Shown here one piece after another: positions 9,801 to 16,805 of a stretch of DNA of 32,000 nucleotides. Below the pieces are notes generated by a model. That model searched no databases. It saw nothing but the letters and a program-made list of their open reading frames with translations, and had not been told where the DNA came from. Made by a program: the position numbers and the translations under genes. The stretch is from Erwinia phage vB_EamM_Asesino, in the sequence record KX397364.2, one strand, 5' to 3'. Position 1 is the stretch's first letter, and each line of letters begins with the position of its first letter.

Positions 9801-10977
9801 GGTTCTGGAGATTGAACTTACCGGCTTGCAGGCGTTTCATCACCTCCGGGTTCTTTTCCAGTTCCTCGCGTGACCACTTCTGGAGTTTCTCGATTTGCGG
9901 GCCTAAGAGTTTCTTGGCAAGCCAACCAGAACCCCAGCCAACCGCTTTATCACGGGCGTTGGTTTTACGCTTCTCGGCAGACAGCGATGAACTGTCTTCC
10001 ATACCGAAGTCATCTTCGACGCCCATGCCGAGCAATTGCTCGAGCATCCCGCGCCCTTCACCAAAAACGTTGGAGATTTTCTTTTTGGTATTCTCGCGAA
10101 TCTGGTCGATAAACCCGTCAGCGTATTTCAGTGGGTTCATCCAGTCCGCCATCTGACGCTTGACGTTTGCCCAACGGACTTCGGAGAATTCTTCCTTCGC
10201 GTAATCCGGTAAGGCGGTGTTCTTCTGAATCGCTTCGAGTGCTGGCGTGTTACGGTCAAACTCGTCTTGCTTCAGTTTTGTCAAGTCCTGGATTGCAAAC
10301 AAGGTTTTGTATTGCAGTTCCAGTTGCTTGCGCTGGACGTTTAAGAACACCCCACGGTTCAGGCTCGTGGTCAGACTGATGTCTTTCGCAATTCCGATGA
10401 CCGTCTGGAACATCGCATCGGATTTCATCTCACGGATAGAATCACGAATACGGTCTTCGGTTGCCGTTTCACGCATGTCCCGCTGTTGCTCGTCGGTCTG
10501 TGGCCCGGAGCCACTGAACACTTCACCGAGCTCGCGATCCATCATCGCCTGTTTCGGGTCGTACTGCCCGTACTCCATCTGGTCAGACTTGGCCCACTTG
10601 TCAATCTTGCGGGTCAAGGCATCGGGCAAGTAGCGTTTCAGGGTTGGCCCTAACTGACGTGCTTGCTGTTTGACCATGCGTTCGGTCTTGACAAGCTCAT
10701 CCTTCGTATGGGCAACTATATCCTTCCCCGCAGCAGCCACGTTCTGGTAGCCTTCGTAGGCATCTGCTGCTGGTTTTGGCATCCCTTTCAAGATGACTTG
10801 ATCGCGCTTCCCTTTTGGCCAGATTGTGGAGAGGGCCGACTTACGCGCTGTGCGCAGTGTGTCGATAATAGGGTTACGACTCTTATCTGTATTTCGCGGT
10901 GGTTCACCGAAGTCATCCCAGTCATCCATCCGGTCGAGATCAAGATCGTCGAAGTCGTCTCTGCCTTTTTTAGCCAT
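3838..10977 (-). CDS. giant virion-associated protein (2379 aa) with lytic transglycosylase domain; phiKZ gp181-like tail lysin / tape-measure-like protein
   Basis: A single uninterrupted 7.1-kb ORF. SLT motifs are 'AMAQAESSFDYT' (catalytic Glu about E2012), 'GGLFQFINGTW' and 'VAYLYHFLGAGG'. It also has an acidic N-terminus, a Gly/Arg-rich patch, a roughly 100-aa hydrophobic cluster and a C-terminal Ala/Gly/Asp low-complexity region. It is adjacent to the RNAP genes, as I recall for phiKZ gp181. Confidence 0.85.
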   Translation of the reverse strand: MAKKGRDDFDDLDLDRMDDWDDFGEPPRNTDKSRNPIIDTLRTARKSALSTIWPKGKRDQVILKGMPKPAADAYEGYQNVAAAGKDIVAHTKDELVKTERMVKQQARQLGPTLKRYLPDALTRKIDKWAKSDQMEYGQYDPKQAMMDRELGEVFSGSGPQTDEQQRDMRETATEDRIRDSIREMKSDAMFQTVIGIAKDISLTTSLNRGVFLNVQRKQLELQYKTLFAIQDLTKLKQDEFDRNTPALEAIQKNTALPDYAKEEFSEVRWANVKRQMADWMNPLKYADGFIDQIRENTKKKISNVFGEGRGMLEQLLGMGVEDDFGMEDSSSLSAEKRKTNARDKAVGWGSGWLAKKLLGPQIEKLQKWSREELEKNPEVMKRLQAGKFNLQNLSSLSNSAIAGETDGPMADIFRFLNEMGIIQPLNREKAFLDERDGAAMTRSAKFDRKAHLTLVEIIPAWLSEINKSIRRGYGEHADMEYDITSRGFVDRKVIGNRVRKAVANDEQRLRLQGSINKTVDFIDSKGELSAKERQHLADYIESRASQGRAFDVGAILKDSSHLMRHMGGNGAEKLQGILQARSNGLTGGHAELSNELSSRIATIQSSISARQNMIDEAANIYGERALRDAGIFNYDAKNDTFGVDKDLSDPYTLFNDLAMGKTRTGRALTREQEIAKKLQNGSALGDYLRRMGANAGPGMDDTSLPPALRGKGKGGKGLSARQLAAVLYGETSTNFVELLSQRNQAQDQTGHTDRVVAAIRESSNLSVVQQILEHVKNMDEQGVLLASLAGGGEGGDATGDIHGPPRPGGGPGGGGRRRRIIIGEDGLLRRWGGVLFDSVAGAGRLGGRLAKGAKDRLGKFGAWARGKFGGPSEGPGILSKIRGLITGGFEGAWNSASGFAKGVLGIRDIYDEKGNVVLQGAKLEAGEYYQVSSGSGARMKQLKSLDDIRLGRDIVDEAGNLILSAADLAKAGKLRYYKGGKAQALFQVLAQKAGTGVNKVVKLPKRILDFISPKAGSFLTKVKDWLNEIPEGEEKSRIQAAFSRVTSLPKKVWDAAKNGWDKFKDMAQNNPLTRWWQNREGGGGGGISLFSMSNARKTNHILIRIYKLLNKRLAGEPEDEGWTEQMEKNVGGGKGLRGQASQALRRAKVMAKRRFGKRWGRFQSRVGEGMDTVRDEYGNLRDRAGNIVDSFRGSRFDIGTRYEVERRLHGRNDDVADFYRQHLNARAGISGKKVKSAIKDDVDKVKGAASDVIGSAADRSRSLGSRLLDRLNRMVDLQEMGWFNTMRDSVEKAGGTDGMLRTMFSKFSRRNKPKESDEKRDYFQFFRRRRRTKEEQEAAAPPKRGGKKGGIMGMLSSLPLIGPIVSILGTVGSILGTVAKWGIFKPGALIGKAAWNVGKFAVTRAIPTIATGVASAASAVVAAVGWPAIAIGAAVVGASWLAYHIATYKPALRLDKMRLAQYGYRNNDAWSSDDGAKARYLEDNIKQYISYDDKGQATLRGMAAKDVEKLAEGYGVNLEEKGEMLAFQAFMLQRFIPVYLRWVTALKSMDNDIQLADVADQSKTSKADQKKLWAKTKMSKDANAFHALTDPRKVNQGFFSKAWDAITFTSPDLLDADEVMKVQDRVGKEIDWLVDDKVAEKKGMREAVEGVKSASVAESTQKLASLDKERNENTIKTQGWEDGTEQVQIQVDWNAVADKKDLDALESLRWKTYGLVTIDSAARTQMNLFEKEVIKDVDVKSASYKGDWKKAIAVLAPDAIGGPKEDRYKLWFFNRFLPAFMTFLVGVKRYLPTGDPLNLKMTGGYLYEIALLVRGAYNLKGGVRQSVWEIPFNPLGGEANTDPRTVDKELETLRVLSKEADLAVRNLLKETQSAGKRAQWQRRDKNTNFFQTKDDDPQSKFFETYGKGSAAEQRANGYAPVPGFNGVPNDLGQSVDAVGGIENYAKLTTGQSSINLGEVQAGDYKSLAEKYPLSKLGRRGALNVQNIRAMIADAAKMFGVPPAVALAMAQAESSFDYTVTNKAGTAGGLFQFINGTWGDMMKGYGNKFGIPNKLNTGGGQLDPWANTLLGMQFIRDNIQSAQRDLGGVAPPPAVAYLYHFLGAGGGKLFLKAWQKNPSAPSARAPGITQAILSGNKGVFYDGQGRNRTIDGVIQELNRRMGAVSANVMSATPGMTSDITKNLTPANPAVAAGAANDPSIAGAADDLPADNAARRDDALDAKGAQAAADAQATAAGNAGPAVPSPGSSSGGGDAAATADGVAAAAAADGLSPTDVAKVKAGAEKQLQKTAQQPAANSSDATASTPTLNTVPVDVQQLQVLKESAGYLKEIRDFMKANPGRGLPQGGNQAQAQGAAPPGSAARQQSITQPTPSLNVTRKAS
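4588..5010 (-). other. SLT (soluble lytic transglycosylase, goose-lysozyme-like) domain within the giant ORF, about aa 1990-2130
   Basis: The E-S motif is at nt 4942-4944 (Glu codon, rc). Downstream are 'GLFQF' and 'AYLYHFLG', corresponding to the GLMQ and AYNxG motifs of the SLT family. Confidence 0.8.
6634..6936 (-). other. hydrophobic multi-span segment of the giant ORF, about aa 1348-1448
   Basis: The sequence 'GGIMGMLSSLPLIGPIVSILGTVGSILGTVAKWGIF...IPTIATGVASAASAVVAAVGWPAIAIGAAVVGASWLAYHIATY' contains three to four Gly/Ala/Ile/Val-rich stretches long enough to span a membrane. It is preceded by the basic patch 'FFRRRRRTKEE...KRGGKKGG'. Confidence 0.6.
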
Positions 10978-11006
10978 GTTGATAATTCCAATTCAGGAGC
11001 TTAAAA

Positions 11007-12620
11007 GTGAAAAAGCTAAACTGGGTTGACTTTTATTTATTAAACGTCAACAAGTCCCTGGTGTCGCAACTAAAACCCGTAACATCGACAGACACCTTTC
11101 AGGGGTTGACAAAAAACTTTCACCCTGAGGGACTGTACTCAACCGATATCTTCGGCCTGACGGGAAGTGAAGCGCGCGACAGTACATTCTCGTACATCGA
11201 TATCAAACTGGATATCATTTCGCCCACCGTGTGTTTGGCTATGTTTCAGCTGAAACAGCTGTATGAAGAAATTTGTTCCGGGAAACGTTTTGCGACCTGG
11301 AACGAGAAAGAAAAAGATTTCGAGCCAGCGCTGCCCAGTGAAAAAGGTGCAGACACCGGCTTTAACTTCTTCCTGAGTCACTACAATGAACTCTCACCGG
11401 GCCGAAACGAGTCCATGCGCCGTGATGAGTCCGTGGATTTCTTCAACAAATTCCGACCCGTCAGTTTGAGTCGCTATGTGTTGGTACTGCCTGCCGGTCT
11501 GCGTGACCTGGTGGTACGTGCCGACGGTCGCGACCAGGAAGACGACATCGGGGGCTTGTACCGCCGACTCATTTCACTGGCCCGTGCGATACCGGACCGC
11601 AATGCGCGCACTGAGCTCACTGACCCGGTGCGGTGGAAACTCCAGCAGACCTTTAACGAAATCTGGATGTACTTCTTTAACATCCAGGATGGGAAGGGTG
11701 GCTTTGCTCGGCGTAAGGTCACGTCCCGTAAACTGCTGAACGGTACCCGTAACGTACTGTCTTCGTTCTCAACCGGTTCTAAAGTCATGGGCCGTGAGGA
11801 TGAAGTAAGGCCAACCGATACGCGTATCGGCTTGTACCAAACATTAAAGGCGTTACTCCCGGTTGCCCAGTACAACATCCGCGAACGTTACCTCGGTAAC
11901 ATCCGTGCGGGTGACGGGAACCTGTATGGGATTAACACCAAAACCCTCAAGCGCGAATTCTTAGAAGTGCCGGGGAAGGTCTATGACCTGTTCTCCACCG
12001 ACGATGGTATTGAATTGCTCATCAACCGCATGGAAGCTCGCGAGCTTCGTCATCAGCCGGTGATGATTGATAAAGACCACTACGTCGCCCTGATTTATCA
12101 GGACAAGAAGCACTTCAAAGTCTTTTACGACATTGAAGAACTCCCTGAGGGATTCTCGCGTAAACTGGTACGCGGAATTTCATTAGCTGAACTGCTCTAC
12201 CTTTCCGGATACGATCTCTGGAATGACTACTTCTCATTCATTACTCGTTACCCTGTAACGGGTCGTGGATCGACTTACTCCTCGACCATAAGATTGGAGA
12301 CCACGACGTCTTCGCTCTACTTAAAAGAGCTGGAAGATGACTGGACGAGCGTGAAACCTAAGGGGGCAACCAGCTTCCCTGACCGTAACGTCTCGACCTT
12401 CGTGGAGTCCATGGCTCCCCATCCTTCCCGACTGGGTGGACTGGGTGGTGACTACGACGGCGACACTGGTTCCGCCAACAGTCCGATGTCACAGGAAGCC
12501 CTCGAGGAGAACCGGAAGTGGGTCAATTCAAAGAACTACTGGTTTGCGACTGACGGCAGTTTCAAAGTCCAACCTGTCAACAATGTGATTAAGCGTGCGA
12601 CGCAAGCGCTGTTGAAATGA
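11007..12620 (+). CDS. multisubunit RNA polymerase beta-prime, N-terminal fragment (537 aa)
   Basis: GTG start lies 7 nt after CAGGAG. Motifs are collinear with E. coli beta-prime: 'PEGLYSTDIFG' (cf. RDGLFCARIFG); 'VLVLPAGLRDLVVRADGRDQEDDIGGLYRRLI' (cf. [33 protein letters not shown]); 'GKGGFARRKVTSRKLLNGTRNVL' (cf. [23 protein letters not shown]); 'TRYPVTGRGS' (cf. NRAPTLHRLG); and 'DYDGD' at D482/D484/D486, nt 12450-12464 (cf. NADFDGD). The ORF stops about 50 aa after the Mg site. Confidence 0.9.
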   Translation: MKKLNWVDFYLLNVNKSLVSQLKPVTSTDTFQGLTKNFHPEGLYSTDIFGLTGSEARDSTFSYIDIKLDIISPTVCLAMFQLKQLYEEICSGKRFATWNEKEKDFEPALPSEKGADTGFNFFLSHYNELSPGRNESMRRDESVDFFNKFRPVSLSRYVLVLPAGLRDLVVRADGRDQEDDIGGLYRRLISLARAIPDRNARTELTDPVRWKLQQTFNEIWMYFFNIQDGKGGFARRKVTSRKLLNGTRNVLSSFSTGSKVMGREDEVRPTDTRIGLYQTLKALLPVAQYNIRERYLGNIRAGDGNLYGINTKTLKREFLEVPGKVYDLFSTDDGIELLINRMEARELRHQPVMIDKDHYVALIYQDKKHFKVFYDIEELPEGFSRKLVRGISLAELLYLSGYDLWNDYFSFITRYPVTGRGSTYSSTIRLETTTSSLYLKELEDDWTSVKPKGATSFPDRNVSTFVESMAPHPSRLGGLGGDYDGDTGSANSPMSQEALEENRKWVNSKNYWFATDGSFKVQPVNNVIKRATQALLK

Positions 12621-12635
12621 CCATAAGGCTCGACT

Positions 12636-15600
12636 ATGCTTCTCATTAAGCAGTTTAACCAACGCTTCTCAGTGCGTAAGACGGATGAGTTCGGGAAACC
12701 CCGTATCATTCCGCTGGAGAAGTTGCAGATTCCGCGTGGGGCTGTGTATCATGCCATCGACCTTGACCAGGTCGTTCTGGCTCCACCGGTCACCACTCCG
12801 ATTCTCCAGGACTTGGAAAAGCCTGCGCAGATTCGTCATCATTTTAAACTGCCTGAGGAAGGCATCTCTGGTCATCCGCGTATCAAACCGGTACAAGGTC
12901 AGGAGAAAGCGATTTTCGCCTATCACCGTGCTAACCGCAACTTCCGTCGTTTGTCTTCGGATGCGCTGGTACGTAAAGACCTGAAAACGCTGCTGATTGA
13001 AAACTACACCCCGATGCTGTCGCACTATATCTACCCGGACACGCAGCTGGCCTGGTACGACCGTCTGCGCAACATCATGGTGTTAATGACGAACCAGTTC
13101 AAATACGATACCGCTGAGTATCTGCGTCAGAACTATTTCGTCATCGAACTGGGCTCTACCCTGCCCGCGTTCACCAAATTCCAGACCACCTTCAATGACC
13201 GTGTAAAAACCAAGCTGGAAAAGTTTCAGGACTTTAACCTGCTGTGGTTACTGGAAATCTTTACCTGGGCTTACGGGCACCAGAAAGATTCCCTGTTTGA
13301 CGGCATGGACATCACTCAGCTGTCACGCATGAACTTTATCTTCACCCACAACAGCGGCTTCACGTCACTGAACATGGGTGTGGTAGAGAAAATGCGTAAG
13401 TCCTCAGGTGGGCGTTTAACTGACGACCAGATGGCGCGCAACTTCTACAAAACCCTGGTTCAGGTGATGACGCAGTCTCCGTCTGACGAGTACGATGCGG
13501 AGTTCCTGACCCCAGAAGGGGAAGAACGTATCGTAACCCGTGACGACGTAGAAGAAGACAACGTCGATGTCATGGATGACGAAGAACTCACCGATGATGC
13601 CGTGGTGGAGTCTGATAACGGTTTCGATGAGAAAGAAGACCTGGTTATCGAAGCGCCAAAAGAAGATGTCAAGCCGACGACCATCGTGGTGGAAAAAACC
13701 ATTGCTCACGACGAAGTCATCAAACAGGAAGTAAAACGCCTGGCCGAAGCCGGTCGTGTGACCTCGAAAGCGTACCAATTCCTGTCTGACTCTTCTCAGC
13801 GTTTTGTCAGTCTGCCAAACCCGTACAATCCAAAAGAGACGTACGGACAAGCGCTGACTATCGAGAAGAAAGATATCGAAGTCAAAGCGCAACCGAAAAA
13901 GATTGAACGTCTGGTTACGGACGAAGCGTGGTTTGAAAACGTTAACGACCAGATTATCAAACAGTATAACAAGACCATGCTGCCTAAAGACATCTTGTCT
14001 GCAGTAGCATCGTCACAGCGCCTGGGACTGGCGATTCACAACCACACGGTAGAGAAAGAAAATACCGTGACCGGGAAAGTGGAACACCATACCCTGCGCG
14101 TTCAACCTATCGGCGGTGAACCGACCACAGTACGCTTCTCCATTCCGGCCCTGACCGATGACGGTACCTGGGTTGCGAACGGCGTTGAGTACACCATGCG
14201 TAAGCAGCGTGTCGATTTACCTATCCGTAAGGTTGCCCCGGACACCGTTTCCCTGACCACTGCGTACGGCAAGAACTTTGTACGCCGCAGTGATAAAGTG
14301 GTGAACGACTACGGGCGTTGGTTGACGAATGCGATTATCACGCGTGCCGTTGACCCGAAAAACACCGAAGTGACCGATGCCAAACTGGCAAACGTGTTCG
14401 ACCCTCTGCTGGAACTGCCGCGTCAGTACACCGAAGTGGCACGTCGTGTGGCAAGCTTCAATGCCATGGGCTACATGTGGAGTTTTGATTTCAAACAACG
14501 TGACGTCTTCTTTGACAGTGATCAAATCGCCGACGCGGACCGCGCCAACCTGATCCCTGTTGCGAAGAAACCACGCAGCGAAATCATCCTCTGCATGGAC
14601 AGCAAGTCACAGATGTATAAAGTGAAAGAGGACAAGGTTGAACCACTGGGCACCTTGGCTGAAATGCTGGGTGTGGATTCGTCCAAAGCTCCGCGTGAAA
14701 TGACCGAACTGTCTCTGATGGGCAAGTCACTTTCACTCGGCTTCATCTTTACCTACTACCTCGGGTTGCAGGGGATGTTGAAGCACTTTGGGATGCAGTA
14801 CGAACTCATGCCCGCGGGTCAGCGCCTGGACAAGTCGCAGTACGACAGCATTATCCGCTTAGCGGATGCGAAGTATGCTATCACCTGTGACAACGACCAA
14901 CAGCGCATGATACTGAACGGTCTTGACCGTTATTTGAAACACTTCACTGCGTATACCGAGTCCGAAGTGGAACGCGAAGACATTTACCTGAACCTGATTC
15001 GTGATGCAGATGGCCTGTCTCCACGGTACATCAAAGAGCTGAAACAAATGCGGACCGCGTTTGTTGATGACATGCACGCACGTATCCTCAGGAAAATGGG
15101 TGAGCCGGAAACCTTTATCGGCTTGCTGCAACGTTCGAACGAAATGCTCCAGACGGACAAAACCTTGCCGGAAATCAACGGTGAGGAAATGATGTTCATC
15201 GGGAACCAACGTATTGCGTATCACATCTACACCGCCATGGTGCGTGCGATGCGTAACTACAACAACGCACCGGGATCAAACCGCAAGTTTGAACTGACGC
15301 AGGACATGATTTGGGGGGCGATTAACTCCGACCCATCGGTTCTGCTGGCACCGGGTGCAAACGCGATTCAAAGCATCAAAGAGAAAGACGTTGTGACCAT
15401 GGGGGGTACGGGTGGCCGTAACCGTAAGACAATGGTTTACCACACTCGTGAGTTCCAACCTTCTGACCTCGGTATCGTTTCGGGTAACACCGTCGATAAC
15501 GGGGACGTAGGGATCACTGCGTTCTTAACCAACAACCCGGCCTTCGATACCGTCGATGGCACCACGTTCAAACGTGACGGGGAGTTACAACCTGGTCATG

Positions 15601-16799
15601 CGCTGTCGTTTATCGATGGGCTGGTACCGGACACCCTGATGGATGACGCCAAGCGTCAGAACTTCGTCGGGATTCAAATGGGGTCAGCGACATCGTGTAT
15701 CGGTGCCACGACTACCCCGTATCGTACAGAACAGGAGAAAGCCGTCGCCCACCGTACGTCTGTGAAACACGCACGCGTGATTGACAAAGCAGGCAAAATT
15801 ACGGGCATCTCTGATGACCACATCGAAATCACCTATGAAGACGGTGAGAAAGAGGCATTCCCACTGGGCCGCTGGTTCGGCGCTCACGAAGGTACCTATT
15901 ATCCTCACACCCTGGTTACTCGCTGGAAAGCCGGAGACAAACTCCCGGCCGGTACAGTCATCACTTACAATGACCAACAGTTCGAAGTCGATATCTACGA
16001 TCCGACGCAGGTGTCCTGGAAGAACGGGATACTGGCTACGGTAGCGTTACCGGAAGGGGAAGAAGTAATTGAAGACTCCAATGCGATTAGTGAGCGGTTC
16101 GCTGCGAAAGCACAGTCTGATGTTACCAAACTCAAAGAAGTAACGATTACCTTTAACCAGAACTTGCTCGAGATTGGTAAAGAAGGCGACCACGTCGACG
16201 TGGACTCAATTCTATGCACCTTTACCGACAACCTGACCGGCGATATGTCGGGGTTCAGTAAAGAAGCTGCGGCAACCTTGCAAGACTTGAGTTCGTTCGC
16301 ACCTCGTGCGGGTGTACGTGGCCACATCGACAAAATTGAAGTGGTGTATCACGGCGAAACCGAAGACATGACCGCCTCACTGGCAGAACTGGTACGCAAA
16401 TACGACCGCATTCGTCGTAAAGCCGCCTTGTCTGTTGGTCGAGACGACCCACTCGATGGGCGTGTCACCGGGGACTACCGTGTTGAAGGGGTGCCGCTTG
16501 CTTATAACTCATTGTGCGTTCGATTCTATATCACGCACCGTGTGGATATGGCAGCTGCGGATAAAATGGTTATCGCGAACCAGCTGAAAACCACAGTGCA
16601 GGAAGTGATGCGTGGTGTGAACCGGACTGAATCCGGGGACGACATCGACATCCTCTTTGGACGTGACTCAGTTGACGCACGTATCGTTGGTTCCATTCAA
16701 CGTATCGGGACAGCGAACGCGGTTGGTGAACGTGCAGGTGTTCTTATCGGGGATATCCTTGATGGGAAAGACGTGCCGGTTCTGCCGACGAAACTTTAG
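12636..16799 (+). CDS. multisubunit RNA polymerase beta subunit, N-terminal and central fragment (1387 aa)
   Basis: Motifs are collinear with E. coli beta: 'VRKTDEFGKPRIIPLEKLQIP' (cf. [21 protein letters not shown]); 'IPALTDDGTWVANGVEYTM' from L506 (cf. IPLMTDNGTFVINGTERVI); 'MGGTGGRNRKTMVYHTREFQPSDLGIVSGNTVDNGDVGI' around R938 (cf. [39 protein letters not shown]); 'DDAKRQNFVGIQMGSATSCIG' from D1003 (cf. HDDANRALMGANMQRQAVP); 'IEDSNAISER' at E1146/D1147 (cf. FEDSILVSER); 'ADKM' from A1308 (cf. GDKM); and 'DIDILFGRDSVDARIVGSIQ' (cf. [20 protein letters not shown]). The ORF ends shortly after this last motif. Confidence 0.9.
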   Translation: MLLIKQFNQRFSVRKTDEFGKPRIIPLEKLQIPRGAVYHAIDLDQVVLAPPVTTPILQDLEKPAQIRHHFKLPEEGISGHPRIKPVQGQEKAIFAYHRANRNFRRLSSDALVRKDLKTLLIENYTPMLSHYIYPDTQLAWYDRLRNIMVLMTNQFKYDTAEYLRQNYFVIELGSTLPAFTKFQTTFNDRVKTKLEKFQDFNLLWLLEIFTWAYGHQKDSLFDGMDITQLSRMNFIFTHNSGFTSLNMGVVEKMRKSSGGRLTDDQMARNFYKTLVQVMTQSPSDEYDAEFLTPEGEERIVTRDDVEEDNVDVMDDEELTDDAVVESDNGFDEKEDLVIEAPKEDVKPTTIVVEKTIAHDEVIKQEVKRLAEAGRVTSKAYQFLSDSSQRFVSLPNPYNPKETYGQALTIEKKDIEVKAQPKKIERLVTDEAWFENVNDQIIKQYNKTMLPKDILSAVASSQRLGLAIHNHTVEKENTVTGKVEHHTLRVQPIGGEPTTVRFSIPALTDDGTWVANGVEYTMRKQRVDLPIRKVAPDTVSLTTAYGKNFVRRSDKVVNDYGRWLTNAIITRAVDPKNTEVTDAKLANVFDPLLELPRQYTEVARRVASFNAMGYMWSFDFKQRDVFFDSDQIADADRANLIPVAKKPRSEIILCMDSKSQMYKVKEDKVEPLGTLAEMLGVDSSKAPREMTELSLMGKSLSLGFIFTYYLGLQGMLKHFGMQYELMPAGQRLDKSQYDSIIRLADAKYAITCDNDQQRMILNGLDRYLKHFTAYTESEVEREDIYLNLIRDADGLSPRYIKELKQMRTAFVDDMHARILRKMGEPETFIGLLQRSNEMLQTDKTLPEINGEEMMFIGNQRIAYHIYTAMVRAMRNYNNAPGSNRKFELTQDMIWGAINSDPSVLLAPGANAIQSIKEKDVVTMGGTGGRNRKTMVYHTREFQPSDLGIVSGNTVDNGDVGITAFLTNNPAFDTVDGTTFKRDGELQPGHALSFIDGLVPDTLMDDAKRQNFVGIQMGSATSCIGATTTPYRTEQEKAVAHRTSVKHARVIDKAGKITGISDDHIEITYEDGEKEAFPLGRWFGAHEGTYYPHTLVTRWKAGDKLPAGTVITYNDQQFEVDIYDPTQVSWKNGILATVALPEGEEVIEDSNAISERFAAKAQSDVTKLKEVTITFNQNLLEIGKEGDHVDVDSILCTFTDNLTGDMSGFSKEAAATLQDLSSFAPRAGVRGHIDKIEVVYHGETEDMTASLAELVRKYDRIRRKAALSVGRDDPLDGRVTGDYRVEGVPLAYNSLCVRFYITHRVDMAAADKMVIANQLKTTVQEVMRGVNRTESGDDIDILFGRDSVDARIVGSIQRIGTANAVGERAGVLIGDILDGKDVPVLPTKL

Positions 16800-16805
16800 T
16801 CCTAA

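Noticed and set aside
3838-10977. Possibility that the giant ORF is an N4-like single-subunit virion RNA polymerase
   Set aside because: I saw no T7-like polymerase motifs. It has a clear SLT muramidase signature and membrane-like segments instead. A multisubunit RNAP is encoded next door.
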